From the NCBI GenBank assembly GCA_964270895.1, contig OZ185442.1: DNA of 64,000 bases. One strand, written 5' to 3'. This DNA comes from Podarcis filfolensis. Lineage: Eukaryota. Within the stretch, counting starts at the first letter, position 1. Each line of letters opens with the position of its first letter. The notes beneath the pieces were generated by a model. The model did not search any database, had not been told where the DNA came from, and saw only the letters and a program-made list of their open reading frames with translations. Of this stretch, positions 1 through 12,235 are shown in pieces. Both the position numbers and the translations under genes were made by a program.

Positions 1-470
1 ATTTTTTTCATATATATTTTTTTCCTTTTAATCATGCCACCATGAATAGTAAGTACTACATCAAGTCCCCCTTCATTCATTGTTGAGTAGAAGGCACTGC
101 CCACTTTGTATACTGTGAGATCATAACAGTGAATAGGTGGAGCTTGGTAAGAAGTTGGTGCCTAGCAACCATGCATATGAAGCCCTAAACAACTCTGGGT
201 CAAGTTACCCAAAAGACTTGCCTTCCCCTCCATTGCCTGGTAAGATCAACAAATGGAATCAAGTCACTTGCCATGGCCTGATTATCATTGGTTTGTGGTA
301 ATGCAGAGTTGGACTTTTTCATTGGTGGCACCAGTGTTGTGGGATGCTCTCCCTGCTGAAATATGAGAGGTCCCATCAGTATTGGCATTCCGCCTGCTCT
401 TGAAGACACACCTGTTTATAGACAAGCATTCCTCTGATCTCCTGACTTCAACTTCATGCTTACACACACA

Positions 471-648
471 CACCATATTTTTCTGTGTATAACACACACA
501 CACACCCCTGTGTATAAGACTCCCCTTATTTTGGGGGACTCAAAATTACGAAAATGGGGGGAGATTTCCCCCGTGTATAAGACTACCCCCCTTTTAACAT
601 TATTTTTTAATAAAAAAACCCTAGTCTTATACACAGAAAAGTATGGTG
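471..648. mobile_element. Tc1/mariner (Tigger-like) MITE
   Basis: 22-bp terminal inverted repeats caccatatttttctgtgtataa (471-492) and ttatacacagaaaagtatggtg (627-648), 1 mismatch; internal gtgtataagac repeats; no ORF. Confidence 0.7.
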
Positions 649-3042
649 TGGGTGGGTGCTTTCTTTTTATTACTGTTCTGTTTCAATGGACTTGTTTTGT
701 TGTACATTTTAATTGTGGGTGTCTAATGTTTTGATAAAATTGGTTTATGATGTATTTTAATTATAATTATGCATGTCCACATTGGTTTGTTGTTGGATTT
801 TTGCCTGTAAACCATTTAGATGCCATCTTGGCCACTAAGAGGTATGCAAGTAAAGAAATAATAAAAGAGAGATTAAAAAAAATAGCAATGCAGTGCTGTG
901 GCTAATGATTTGGGAGGGGTTAGACTTGGCTCGTATTATGAATTAGGAATGAACTGAATGGAGCAGTTACATTGACCTAAGATGTCCTGCAACTGCAAAA
1001 TGGTTTCTTCATCATTTGGGATTCGGCTGTGTGTGGATTTGATGGAGCTTCATTTGTGACTTGGGCTTTTCATGAAAGCTCACAAGTTTGAAGCCACAGT
1101 TTATTTTATGGTCCCTCTCCTTTTTGATATTTACTGAACAATTTATATAAATAAAAGGGGGGAACTGAATTGCTTACATCTTGAAAACCCATCTTTCATT
1201 AGCTGTTCTGTTTTCCCACAAGGGAAACACTTTCCAGACTCCATCCCCCAAACTCCCATCTAGAAACCATTCTGCAAGTATCTGAAACTGCAAAAATGGG
1301 ACAAAATCAAATTGACATGGGTTCTGTTGCTATCCCTGATATGAACCTCTTTGACTCATAATGCTCAGTTAAATACCAGGAGAAGATTGCATCCTGCAAG
1401 TACTTCAGCCAGCTCTTCCCACCAACCCACAAACCTTGTCCCTTATACTTGCTTAACTGGCTGTTCCCCTGTCAGTGGCATGAGAAAGGATGGGAGGTCT
1501 GTGTCCCCATTTTCCCCTCCAGCTCCTGCTGCTATGGCAGTGACCCAGGAGCACTGGGAACTGTACTTTTCCCAGGGCTACTGATGCTCTGTGCATGTCC
1601 TATGTGACATTTTCTTGTTATAATGATTTGAGCTTGCTAGTCCAACACAGCTCACGCCCATTCTATGGCAAGCAGACCTAACATCAGACAAGCAAGCATT
1701 ACTGGAAATGTGGACAGCACACATAAAGATAATCAACTTTGGGGTTAGGATCAGGTGCATTTGTCGCAGATTAGGAGAAATGCATGTTCCTTCTAAAAGA
1801 CTTTCTAAATCACTGCAGCAAATTAATCCAGTTACAGTTTCTCCTTTGTTGTGGGGAAGAAAGTATTTTCCATAAGAAGGCATATTTTGTTATCTTGGTT
1901 TTCCTAATATGTAAAAGATATTGGTTGGGGCGCCAGCTGCAGTCCTTCATGGATCTGGCCACAGACAGTCATCCATGGCGTGATAAAATGCAGATTAGAT
2001 TACTGCAACAGGATTTGTGTGGGACAGCCTTTGAAGACTGTCCAAAACCTTCAGTTACTTCAGATATAGCATCTGGGGGACACTTAGCATATTTCTTTAC
2101 TTATTTATCAACAGAACTTTCCTGTGTTTCTTTTAAGGGGATCTAGGTGGCATATATTGCCCTTTTTCTCTCTCCCTGCACTCACCCATATTTATTTTCG
2201 TAAGAACCCTGTGAAATATTTGAGATTTATTTATTAGTTTGCTTGTATTCTGATATTTGATTACCTGTCTCTCAGGAAATAAACCCCTTCAAGGCAGTTT
2301 GAAACATTTCTTTAAAAACCGTAGAATTCATTCAGGGCATCAGTTGATGTCCTATTGTTGTAAACCACTTTGATTTTTTTTATGAAAGGTGGTATAGAAT
2401 ATTTTTATATGAATGAATAAGCTACAAATCATAAAAATACGCACTATGAAACACTATAAAACATTTTGAAAGTATATTATACTATAATTTCAGGATGCAC
2501 AGTTATAGTTAATTGGGAGATCTTGTGCCACAAACCCAATTCCCCCAAAGCCTTGCCTTTTTGCAATAAGTATTGTGAGGGGGGAAATGCACTGAAAAGT
2601 AAGTGTGAAATAGCACTTGGTTTCACTCAGCATCATCCTGCAGAAAAATCAGGATGAATGCTCCATAAACAGGTTGTCTGTGAGCGCCCAGAATCACAGA
2701 TCCTCCTGCTCTTCTCAATAACTTATCAAAGACCTTACCTAGATGGAACAGAGCTTAGCTCAATGGAACAATTATCTGACTTTTTACGGTAACAAAAAAA
2801 ACCCCTGTGGGATAACATGGGATTGACACAACGCCATCCAACCTCCCCACAAACAAATTGGGATGAAGGATCAATAAATAGTTCATGAAGAAGCTCCCAA
2901 AGTCTTTATGCACAGCCAGACCCTTGGTTGCAGAGGGATGGACAAAAGGGCCAGGGTGGGGCACAAAGCGACTAGTGACCTAATCCTCCATGAAATGATC
3001 CAACCCCACTTTTAAAGCCATGTGAGCTAATGGCAAACACCG

Positions 3043-3093
3043 TTTGTTTGTTTGTTTGTTTGTTTGTTTGTTTGTTTGTTTGTTTGTTTGTTT
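3043..3093. repeat. (GTTT)n microsatellite
   Basis: about 12 tandem gttt units. Confidence 0.95.
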
Positions 3094-4899
3094 AATATAT
3101 ACAGCTTATTTTCTTTTTAATTTTTATGCTGTATAAAAAAATCATTTAAAAGAATGACACAGGCTTTAAAGACAGCAGACAATGAAATGGTCAAAACACG
3201 GGGAGGGGGGGGATCAAGTGTTTTAACAAATAAATATATGTCACAAAGTTCATTTTGACACTAGGTTAAGGAGGCATCTTTGAGGACTAGCTTGCCTTAC
3301 AGGGCTGTTGTGAGGATCGCTGGAAGAATGTTCACACTTCAGAGTTTTGAAATTGAGCCCTGTGTAAGTGCTGCTGGGTTTTACTTTAAAGACAAGACAG
3401 CTGTTTTCCGTGCAGCCAGGCTTATCAACTGCCTCTTAAGCCTCCTTTGCAAACAAGCTGACAGTGATGAGCAAGCCAACTCCTTTTGCTACAACACTTT
3501 GGCATTCTTTTTGAGCTGGGAAAATGGGCATCCACACCCACTGCCCTTGTCAGAGTAATGGAGCAGCATCTGTCTTAAAGTTGTTTTGGGTGCCTGCCCT
3601 TGTTCTGGGAAGGGTGTTTGGCTGTCTAATGCTTCTAAGCCCCAAGAACTCCATGCCTGTCTTCAGAAAGGCACACCCAAGTGATGACTCCTCATCCACA
3701 GGATGAGCCCAGTGACGTCTGTCACAAGGATGATTCAAATTTGCTCTGCCTCGTGGTTTGTTCCCCCTGCCATGCACAGTTAAAAGGCTGCAGGCTTTGT
3801 TGGATATGCATGTGTGGGAAGGGAATTACCCAATTCCAAACGATGCTTAGGTTTGTTTTGGGGCCAGATTGTCTCCTGACTCTAGAGGTGCTGACAAGGC
3901 AGTGAGGATTAAGTTGGAGATGCAGCTCTGTTTGGTGGGGGCTGGACTGATCCTTCAGCAGCCTTTCCACTGGACTACTTGGAACAGTTTCATTTGCTGC
4001 ACAGACTCACCATGAAGCCACGACAAAGCTTCTGCAGATCTTGGGACCCTCCAGACTGGTGCTTTCTTTCCTGTGGGGGTGCATCCTGCAGTACAATACA
4101 CTGATACAATAATTGCATTAGTGGTGGATTTATGCTGGATTCATACTGGACTGTTCACACATCATTCTGCTTGATTGGTGGTTCTACAATGCTTTCCCAG
4201 GGCTACTGCATTACTGCCCTCTGAAGAGGGGCACTCTTGAGCTACAGCAACTCAAAAGCAGGGCATTTGTGGAAATGTGCAGAACTGAATATAAGCCTGC
4301 AGAAATGTAAACTGAGAGAAACCAAAACTGGCACCTCCCATCCCTACCTGACCCTGTCTAATGGTAGGGCCAGAATTCTTCCTTCTTTGCTCCTCAGCAA
4401 TTAACCTGAAAGTGCAAACTTACCCGTAGAAAAGTGTCTGTGGAATTGTCATCCACAACCGCTAAGATGTCCTGAGCTTTCCGTTGCACGAGGATGGGAT
4501 TGTTCAGGTCTTTTTTTTCCAGATGACACAGCCTAACATACGTTTGCCAAATGGAGGATTGTATATAAACATAGAATGAAAAATATAAAATGAATGAAAA
4601 GTTAAGTGAAGAGGGCAACATGCTTTCCTTCAGTGTAGGATTTCCTCCACTGAGACATCATCAGAGCCTGTCAGAAGCTGGGCATGTCTCCAAAGGTTAG
4701 AGAAAGTAGGCCAAAAAAATGCATAATTTCTGTTTAACAGAGGACCATTTCTGCCTCTGCAATTTTAAACAGTGTCTCGCTGCAGCTGTGAAACAGACAT
4801 TTTCATCTTGTGCCTGGTCCTAGAGATTGAAGTGGCAACAAACACTGTCACTTTTTTCCCTCCCCCCCTTTTTTTTGTAAGGCTGCTATATGTTTTTAA

Positions 4900-5508
4900 G
4901 GCACCCAAAAGGAGAACAGTGCTCAACCTATTGATAACAGAATAAGCGGTGCAAGGAGGTAGCTGCAGCCCAAGATAGGAAAAAACCTGGTAAGGGAATA
5001 CCTAGCTGTTTTAAATGAATTCAGCTCTATAGGGCCTGATGAGCTGCATTCAAGGATACTAAAGGAGCTTGTGGGGTGTAATCTCAGAGCCTCTGTCTAT
5101 AATTTTTGAGAATTCTTGGAGAATGGGTGAGGTCCCTCTGAGCTGGAGGTGAGCAAATTTTGTCCCCATCTTCAAAAGGGGAGGGGGAGACCCAGTTAAC
5201 TATGGACTGCACAGCTAGATGTTGGTACCAGGGAAGGTCCTAGAACGAATAATTAACTTAGAAAACACTTAGAAAAGGATGCTGTGATTACTAAGACCCA
5301 GCATGAGTTTCTCAAAAACAAGCTATGCCAGATGAATCTCGTTTCTTTCTTTCTTTTTGATAAAGTTACAAGCTTGGTGGATTAGGGGAATGCTGTGGAT
5401 GTAGTGTATCTTGATTTCAGTGAGACTTTTGACAAAGTCCCCCATGATATTCTTGAGGAAAAGCTGGTAACATGTGCACTGGATGAGGTAATTGTTAAGT
5501 GAATTTGT
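4900..5508 (+). mobile_element. CR1 LINE, old frameshifted ORF2 fragment (left half, split by L1)
   Basis: Degenerate match to the CR1 ORF2 region (GPDELHxRxLKEL, [18 protein letters not shown] segments), also seen intact at 62.4-64 kb; left end approximate. Confidence 0.85.
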
Positions 5509-7884
5509 TTTGTTTTTTTTTAACTTCTTTTTATTGAGTTTCGTATAAGTAATCAAAAAGAAAAAGAAATAACTTCACAATTACAAAACGAAAGAGAAAT
5601 ACAAAACACATATCAAAACATAACATAAGTATTATCTATTTCCGTTACACTTCTTTATCCTCACAATTATCTCTTTGTGTTTCAAGAACTTAGATCATTC
5701 TTCTGCGCTCTGTTGACCTCCATCCCTCCCGCTTTCAGGCTTCTTAATATACATAATTTATTTTCCCCGCAGCTAATAATTGTTAATGGTTTACACGTCG
5801 TAAGGTTTATATCAAATCTGTTATAGTTTTTAGGCTTCTGTAATTCCCTTCAATGTATATCATAAATTTTTTTCCAGTCATTAATGAACTTTGTATTTTT
5901 TTGGTTTCTGATTTTTTGAGTCATTTCTGCAAGTTCAACAAATTCAAATAATTTTGTTTGCCACTCTCTAATTGATGGGATATCTTGATTTTTCCAATTT
6001 TGGGCAATTAATAGTCTGGCGGCAGCTGTGGCATACTGAAATAATGTCTTGTCTTCGTTTTTAACTTCATCCCCGACTATCCCTAGTAGGAATGCTTCCG
6101 GTCTTTTAGGGAATGTATATTTAAATATTTTTTTTAACTCGTTATAAATATATTCCCAATATTTCTTCATTTTTTCGCAAGTCCACCACATGTGGAAAAA
6201 ATTACCTTCTTTAACCTTGCACTTCCAGCAGTTCTTATTCCCAGTTTTGTACATTTTCCCCAACTTTGCTGGGGTAATGTACCACCTGTACATCATCTTT
6301 TCTAAATTTTCCCTGAGTGTTACACAAGCTGTAAATTTCATTCCACTAGTCCATAATTTCTGCCATTTGTCATACTCTATATTATACCCCAGATCCATTG
6401 CCCATCTCGTCATTACCCCCTTTATTTCCTCATCTTTGGTGTCCCACTCTAGTAATATGTTATACATTTTGGATAGTAATTTGGATTTACCTTCAATAAT
6501 CTCTATCTGAAACTTAGATTTCTTTTCGTTCATTCCTACTTTTTTATCATCTCTCCATACTGCATTTATTTGATGAAATTGTAACCAGCCCGTTAATTTG
6601 TCTTTCAACTCCTCGTAAGGTCTCATCCTCCAACCATTTTCTGATCCTATCAGTAAGTCCTCATAAGTCAGCCTTTCTCCCTCCATATTTGCCTTTTTAA
6701 TTATTAGAATATCCATTGGTGATAACCACCAGGGCGTCTTCCATTCCAGGAGTTTTTTATTTCTTTCCCACACTTCGAGTAGGGGTCCTCTGAGAATATG
6801 ATTTGAGAATCCTTTATGTATTTTCTCTTTATTCTGCCATAAATAGGCATGCCAGCCGAACCTGTTGTCGAACCCCTCTAGGTCCAACAGGTCGGTATTT
6901 TCTAGATTAATCCAGTCTTTGATCCAGCAAAGGCTGGCAGCCTCAAAATATAACTTCAGGTTAGGTACTGAGAAGCCCCCTCTTTCTTTTCGATCTGTAA
7001 GGATTTTGAATCTAATTCTTGGCCTTTTGCCCTGCCATATGAATTTCGACAGGGTTCTTTGCCAATCTGTGAATATTTTAGATCCTCTAATCACTGGGAT
7101 GTTCTGAAACAAAAAAAGCATTCTCGGGAGTAGATTCATTTTTATCGCCGCCATTCTTCCCCTCCACGAAAGTTTCACTCTATTCCACATATCTATTTCT
7201 TTCTTAATCTCCTTCCATGTTGTAAGGTAATTATCCTGAATTAAATTTATATTTTTTGTGGTTAACCAGATACCCAAATATTTTATTTTTTTTACCACCT
7301 TAATTCCGTGCTGTTCCTCCAATTTTTCACTTTCTTTTTTTCCCAAATTTTTAATCAGCATTTTTGTCTTTAATTTATTTAATTTGAACCCTGATAGTTT
7401 ACCGAAATCTTCTAGCATTTCCAAGGCCCTGCCAACACTTTTTTGCGGATTTTCCATAGATAACATTAAGTCATCCGCGTATGCTTTTAATTTGAATTCC
7501 TTTATTCCTATTTTGATCCCTCGGATCTCAGATGCTGCTCTCATTTTATTTAGAATTATCTCTAGTGCCATGATGAATAAGAGAGGGGATAGAGGGCACC
7601 CCTGTCTTGTCCCTTTTTCAATTTTAAAGGAATTTGTTAAGTTGTTATTTATGATCAATTTTGCATCTTGATTCGAGTATATTGCCTTTATTCCGTTCAT
7701 AAACTCGCCCTCTAACCCTGCTCTTTCCATGCTCTTCAATAGGAACTTCCAAGAGACATTATCAAATGCCTTTTCTGCGTCTATAAAAATTAGTGCCGCA
7801 GGTATTTCGTTCTTACACTCCAAATATTCTATAATGTTTATGGTATGCCTTACATTGTCTTTGAGGAACCTATTTGGAATTTGT
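5509..7884 (-). mobile_element. L1-clade LINE, 5'-truncated, stop-free ORF2 (RT + C-terminal CCHC), 3'UTR and A-rich tail
   Basis: ORF 5850-7919 has RT motifs (IDAEKAFDNV, GTRQGCPLSPLLF, AYADD, KYLGI) and CWKC..GNFFHMWWTC; AATAAA and A-rich tail on minus strand near 5509-5535; 11-bp TSD agtgaatttgt at 5498-5508 and 7885-7895. Confidence 0.92.
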
Positions 7885-8895
7885 AGTGAATTTGTAGCTG
7901 GTTGACTGACCGAAACCAAAAAGTGCTTACTTGTGGTTCCTCATCATCCTGGAAAAAGGTGATGAATGGGGTGCTGCAGGGTTCTGTCCTGGGCCCATTG
8001 CTGTTAAGCATCTTGATAAACAAATGAAGGTATTGAGGGGATGCTCATCAAATTTGCAGATGACACCAAACTGGGAAGGGAAGCCATATCTCAGAAGACA
8101 GAATCAAGATTCAAGATGACCTTAACGGATTGGAGAACTGGGCCCAAACAAATAAAATTAATTTCAATAAGGACAAGGCGGGAAGAACCAGCTTCACAAA
8201 TATAAGATGGGGAACAGCTCGGTTGGCAGTAGTACATGTGAAAAGGATCTAGGGGTCTTAATAGACGACAAGCTCAACATGAGTCAACAGTGTAATGAAG
8301 CAGCAATGAGAACTAATGCTATTCAACAGAAGCCTAGTGTCCCGATCAAGGGAAGTAATAGTGCTGCTCTATTCTGCCTTTGTCAGAGCACACCTGGAAT
8401 ACTGTGTCCAATTCTAGGCACCACAATTTAAGAAGGATATTGACAAGCTGAAAGGTGTGCAAAGGAAGGTGAGCAAGATGATCAAGGGTCTGGAAACCAA
8501 GCCATATGAAGGAAGGTTGAGTGAGTTGGGTCTGTTTAGCCTGGTCAAGAGGAGACTGAGAGAAGATATGATAGCCATCTCCAAAGACCTAAAGGGATGT
8601 CACGTGGAAAATGGAGCAAGTTTGTTTTTGCTTGGTTCCGGAGGCTAGGATCTGAACCAACAGCTTCAAGTTACAAGTAAGGAGATTCCGACTATACATC
8701 TGGAAGAACTTTCTGACAGTAAGAGTTGTTCAACAGTGGAAGAGACTCCTTAGAGAGGTGGTGGATTCATTCACTGGAGGTTTTTAAGCAGAGGTTGGAT
8801 TGCCATCTGTCAGGTATTCTTTAATTGAGATTCCTGCATTGCAGGGGGTTGGACTAGATGGCACTTGGGTTCCCTTCCAGGTCTGCTATGATTCC
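7885..8895 (+). mobile_element. CR1 LINE, old fragment (right half) with 3' end
   Basis: Continues the CR1 sequence exactly across the TSD (tttgtagctggttgactgaccga...); remnants of [26 protein letters not shown]; decayed tail ...ctatgattc near 8885-8895. Confidence 0.88.
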
Positions 8896-9409
8896 ACAAG
8901 GCAGGAAGCTTTGCCTGGGAAGTTTCTGCCTGTCCCACAGCTGTGGAAGGCACAGAAGCACATTTTTGCAAACCCATATTTGAGTACAGTGCTGGATTTC
9001 TGCCAGTGTAAATGTTAAAAAGATCGGTCTACTTTAGCAAATCAGTTAAGAACATGGTCCTCGAGCCAAACAGAGGTCCAGCATTTTTGGTATACGTTTC
9101 CATACTTTTGGGCCTCAAACCTTCAAGTGACCTCCTGTATTTTTTCAGCTTTGCCCGGAGAATGTTTAGCTTGTGGTTTGATCGCCGGCAGAAAACAGCA
9201 GGTCCATTATGAAAATTTCATCTTAACCAGAGCTTATAGTAAAAAGACCCTGTCTTTTTTTTCTTTTCTTTTCCTTTTCACATTTCAAAAGGTCAAGAAT
9301 GTGACCAGTATTTTTGGTTGGTTAGACAAAAACTGGCTGAAAACAGCGAGTGACTTGGATGGTACCAGTCCTTGCAGCTGGAAACCTATGTTAGGGCTAT
9401 ACCACATTT

Positions 9410-10000
9410 CATAGAATCATCGACTTGTATTGTGCCATAGAGATCGTCTAATCCATGCCTTGTTCAATGCAGAGAGTTCCAAGCTAGATCATCTCCAATA
9501 GATGTCTGCCCAGCTTCTGCTTGAAAACTTGCAGTGAGGCAAAACCTACCCACTGGGATAAAGGAGAACCTCAGGTCCAGGAGCTCAGTGTGGTCCTTCA
9601 TTCTCTGTCTGACCCTCAGAACTCCCTCTAGGCCACAGATCTTCTTCCCAGGCCACACCACTTACTAACCCTGCTTCACAACCTCCTTGAGTGTTTTTGC
9701 CCTAATGGACTGCGTCCTTGAGTGATCCAGAGGGGCATGTGTTGAAACTAGCCTACCTAAAAAAATGAGTACTACATTCATTGCTCTGACATGTGTTGCC
9801 TCTGGCCTCACTCGCCAGGGGCATGTGGCCCTCTCCAGAAGGGAATGTGGCCCTCAAGTTTCCCTACTCCTGCTCTAGGTTTCACCATTGAGTTGCTCTT
9901 TGCAATCAAGAAATGTTTCCTAATGTTTAGCTAAAATATACCCTTCTTTAATTTAAGCCCATTAGATTGAATCCTGCCTTCTTGGGACAACAGAAAACCA
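9410..10000 (-). mobile_element. CR1 3' fragment, apparently interrupted by a MITE (about 9570-9880)
   Basis: catagaatcat tail at 9410 and degenerate CR1 3'-end sequence on either side of a non-CR1 segment; boundaries approximate. Confidence 0.55.
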
Positions 10001-11779
10001 TCTGGTATATCAAGGGGAAGTTAGTCAAAACCTTTCTCTTGATATCCAGGAAATTGTTTGTATGAAGGAAGAGACAATCTAGAGAGCAACTACCTGCTAA
10101 AGCAACAACAGGCAGGTTTTCTTCAGTTTTTTATCTACCTTGATCTCAGTGAAGTGTCAGTCATCACTTCTTTATGCTTTTTTCCTTTTGAAAATTGCAA
10201 ATTGCTGTGTTATTGATAGGGATGGGAGACAGGGGCACATTTGAATCACTTCACATTTAAAGATGAAGCTACCTAACTTTTACTTTCTGAAATGGTGTGT
10301 GAACTGGAACACAGCCATCCTTTGAAATTTGTATTTCTTTGAATTTTGCAATGCACTTCTCCTATCGAATAATGTATACAAATATGCATGTGCTAGGCTA
10401 AAGCATTTGTAAAAATGCCTCTATTGGTGAAAATGACATACCGAAATGAATTGTATTAAGGAGGATTCCTTTGCAAGACTATGTATATTAGGCAACCATA
10501 CATACATTAGCAGAAAATTACACTAAAATGCTGGTTAATTTTTATAAAGACTTAAAAAAAAAGTGATAATCACACATTGGTGTGGAAATGTGTAGAACTG
10601 GATGGATTGGGGAAAAAGAGAAACCAAAATTAACAGTATCACCCATGTCATCAACTTCAAGTAGCCACCATCCCATCAAACTTTTCCCTATTGTAATATA
10701 CAATTACTGACTCACACTTGTATGCATGAAAGGGTTAAGAGGCTCCCAGTAACCTTTGCTCCCCTCAATTTTCTTGAGCCATGTGGAATGGCTGCCAGCC
10801 GAAGAAAAACCAAGTGAGCTGAATTTCCAAAAAGAAGATTTTACAGCCTATGTCCTTACTAATGCAAAGATTGCATGATTCTTTTGTAATGAAACAAACA
10901 TTTCTTTTTAAGTCATTTGGAACCTTTTCTTCTTCTTCCTTATTTTACTGCCAATGGATAGAGACGTGTTTGCTGTAACTCCTGAAACTCTGTGAGTAAA
11001 ACCTTCACTTATTCAGAAAGCTAAGTGTATGTGATTTATTCTAGCCTAAGTATTTTTGTGGGGAACATTTACCATATTTAAGGTGGATGAAGGCAAATGT
11101 AAATCTAACCAAGTTTTAATGTGCTTGGAGTGATGGCCTTGGGTTAACTCTGTTACGAGAGAGTAAGAATCTCTCTGCAGTACCTCTCCCTCCAACATTC
11201 CTTTTGCTTTGATGTCCTTTCTCCCCACCTTTGGGAACTGCTTTTTCCAAGAATGACCAAGCATAGCAGACATGAGAAATGTGTGCAAGCATTTAAAAAA
11301 AAAAAAATTACCTAGAATGACATCAAATCACTAATCACAGGATCACTGCAGAAGAGGATATGGAAACCTGGTGTATATGCTTCTAGTCATCATAATGGTA
11401 AATGATGGCTTTGGAATTGAAGTGTCATCTTCTTCAAAGACTTGGAAAGTGAGTCCCACTGAGTTTAGTGAGAGCTTAACCCTGTGGAAGTGTGCATAGG
11501 ATTGCAGCCCAAATTTCATGAAACAGCCAATTACCATACAGGTGTGCAGTAGGGAGAGGAAAATGCTTTGCATTATCTTTTAGTGGGAGAGTTGATTTGA
11601 ATTGCATTCATTTTTCATTGACCTGATTTTAGTGTTACATTATGCTGTTGTTTTCTTCTATTTGTGAATCTCTTCCTCCAAGGAGCTTGGGGTGGTGTAC
11701 CAGGTGATGAGTGGGTAGGGAATTGAGCATTATATTCACAGCTACCCTGTGAGCTGGGCTGGGCAGCAGAGAGAGCAGC

Positions 11780-12235
11780 ACAGGAACATAGGAAGCTAAG
11801 CGTATGTGATTTATTCTAGCCTAAGTATTTTTGTGGGGAACATTTCTTTATGCCTTTTATCTAGTTAGATCATTGGTCCCATCTAGCTCAGTATTTTCTA
11901 CACTGTCTGGTAGCAGCTCTCCAAGGTTTCAGGGGTCTCTCTCCCAGCCCTACCTGGAGACACTGGGGATCGAACCTGGGATCTTCTGCATGTAAGGTGG
12001 ATGCTCTACTGCTCTGCCACTGAGCTATGGACAGACTCAAAGAACAGGGTTCACCTCTGAAAATAGCTGTATCTAGAAACATGGGAAAGCTGCCTTATAC
12101 TGAGCCAGTCCATCTAGCTCTGTATTGCCTGCACTGATTGGCAGAGGTGTTCTCCAGGATTTTAGACCTACCTGGAGATCCTAGGGATTCAGCCTTCTGG
12201 TTGCAAGGCAGATGCTCTGCAACTGAGCTACACAT
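11780..12235 (-). mobile_element. Two tandem Squam3-like tRNA-derived SINEs
   Basis: aacataggaagctgccttatactgag...ccatctagctc...gatgctctactgctctgccactgagcta pattern occurs twice. Confidence 0.75.

Noticed and set aside
200-4800. Numerous 60-130 aa ORFs here and in other intergenic stretches
   Set aside because: No domain similarity or consistent exon structure; at the level expected by chance or from repeats.
7885-7919. Apparent start of the 689-aa L1 ORF
   Set aside because: The first residues are antisense CR1 sequence beyond the TSD with a TTG start; not a real chimeric gene.
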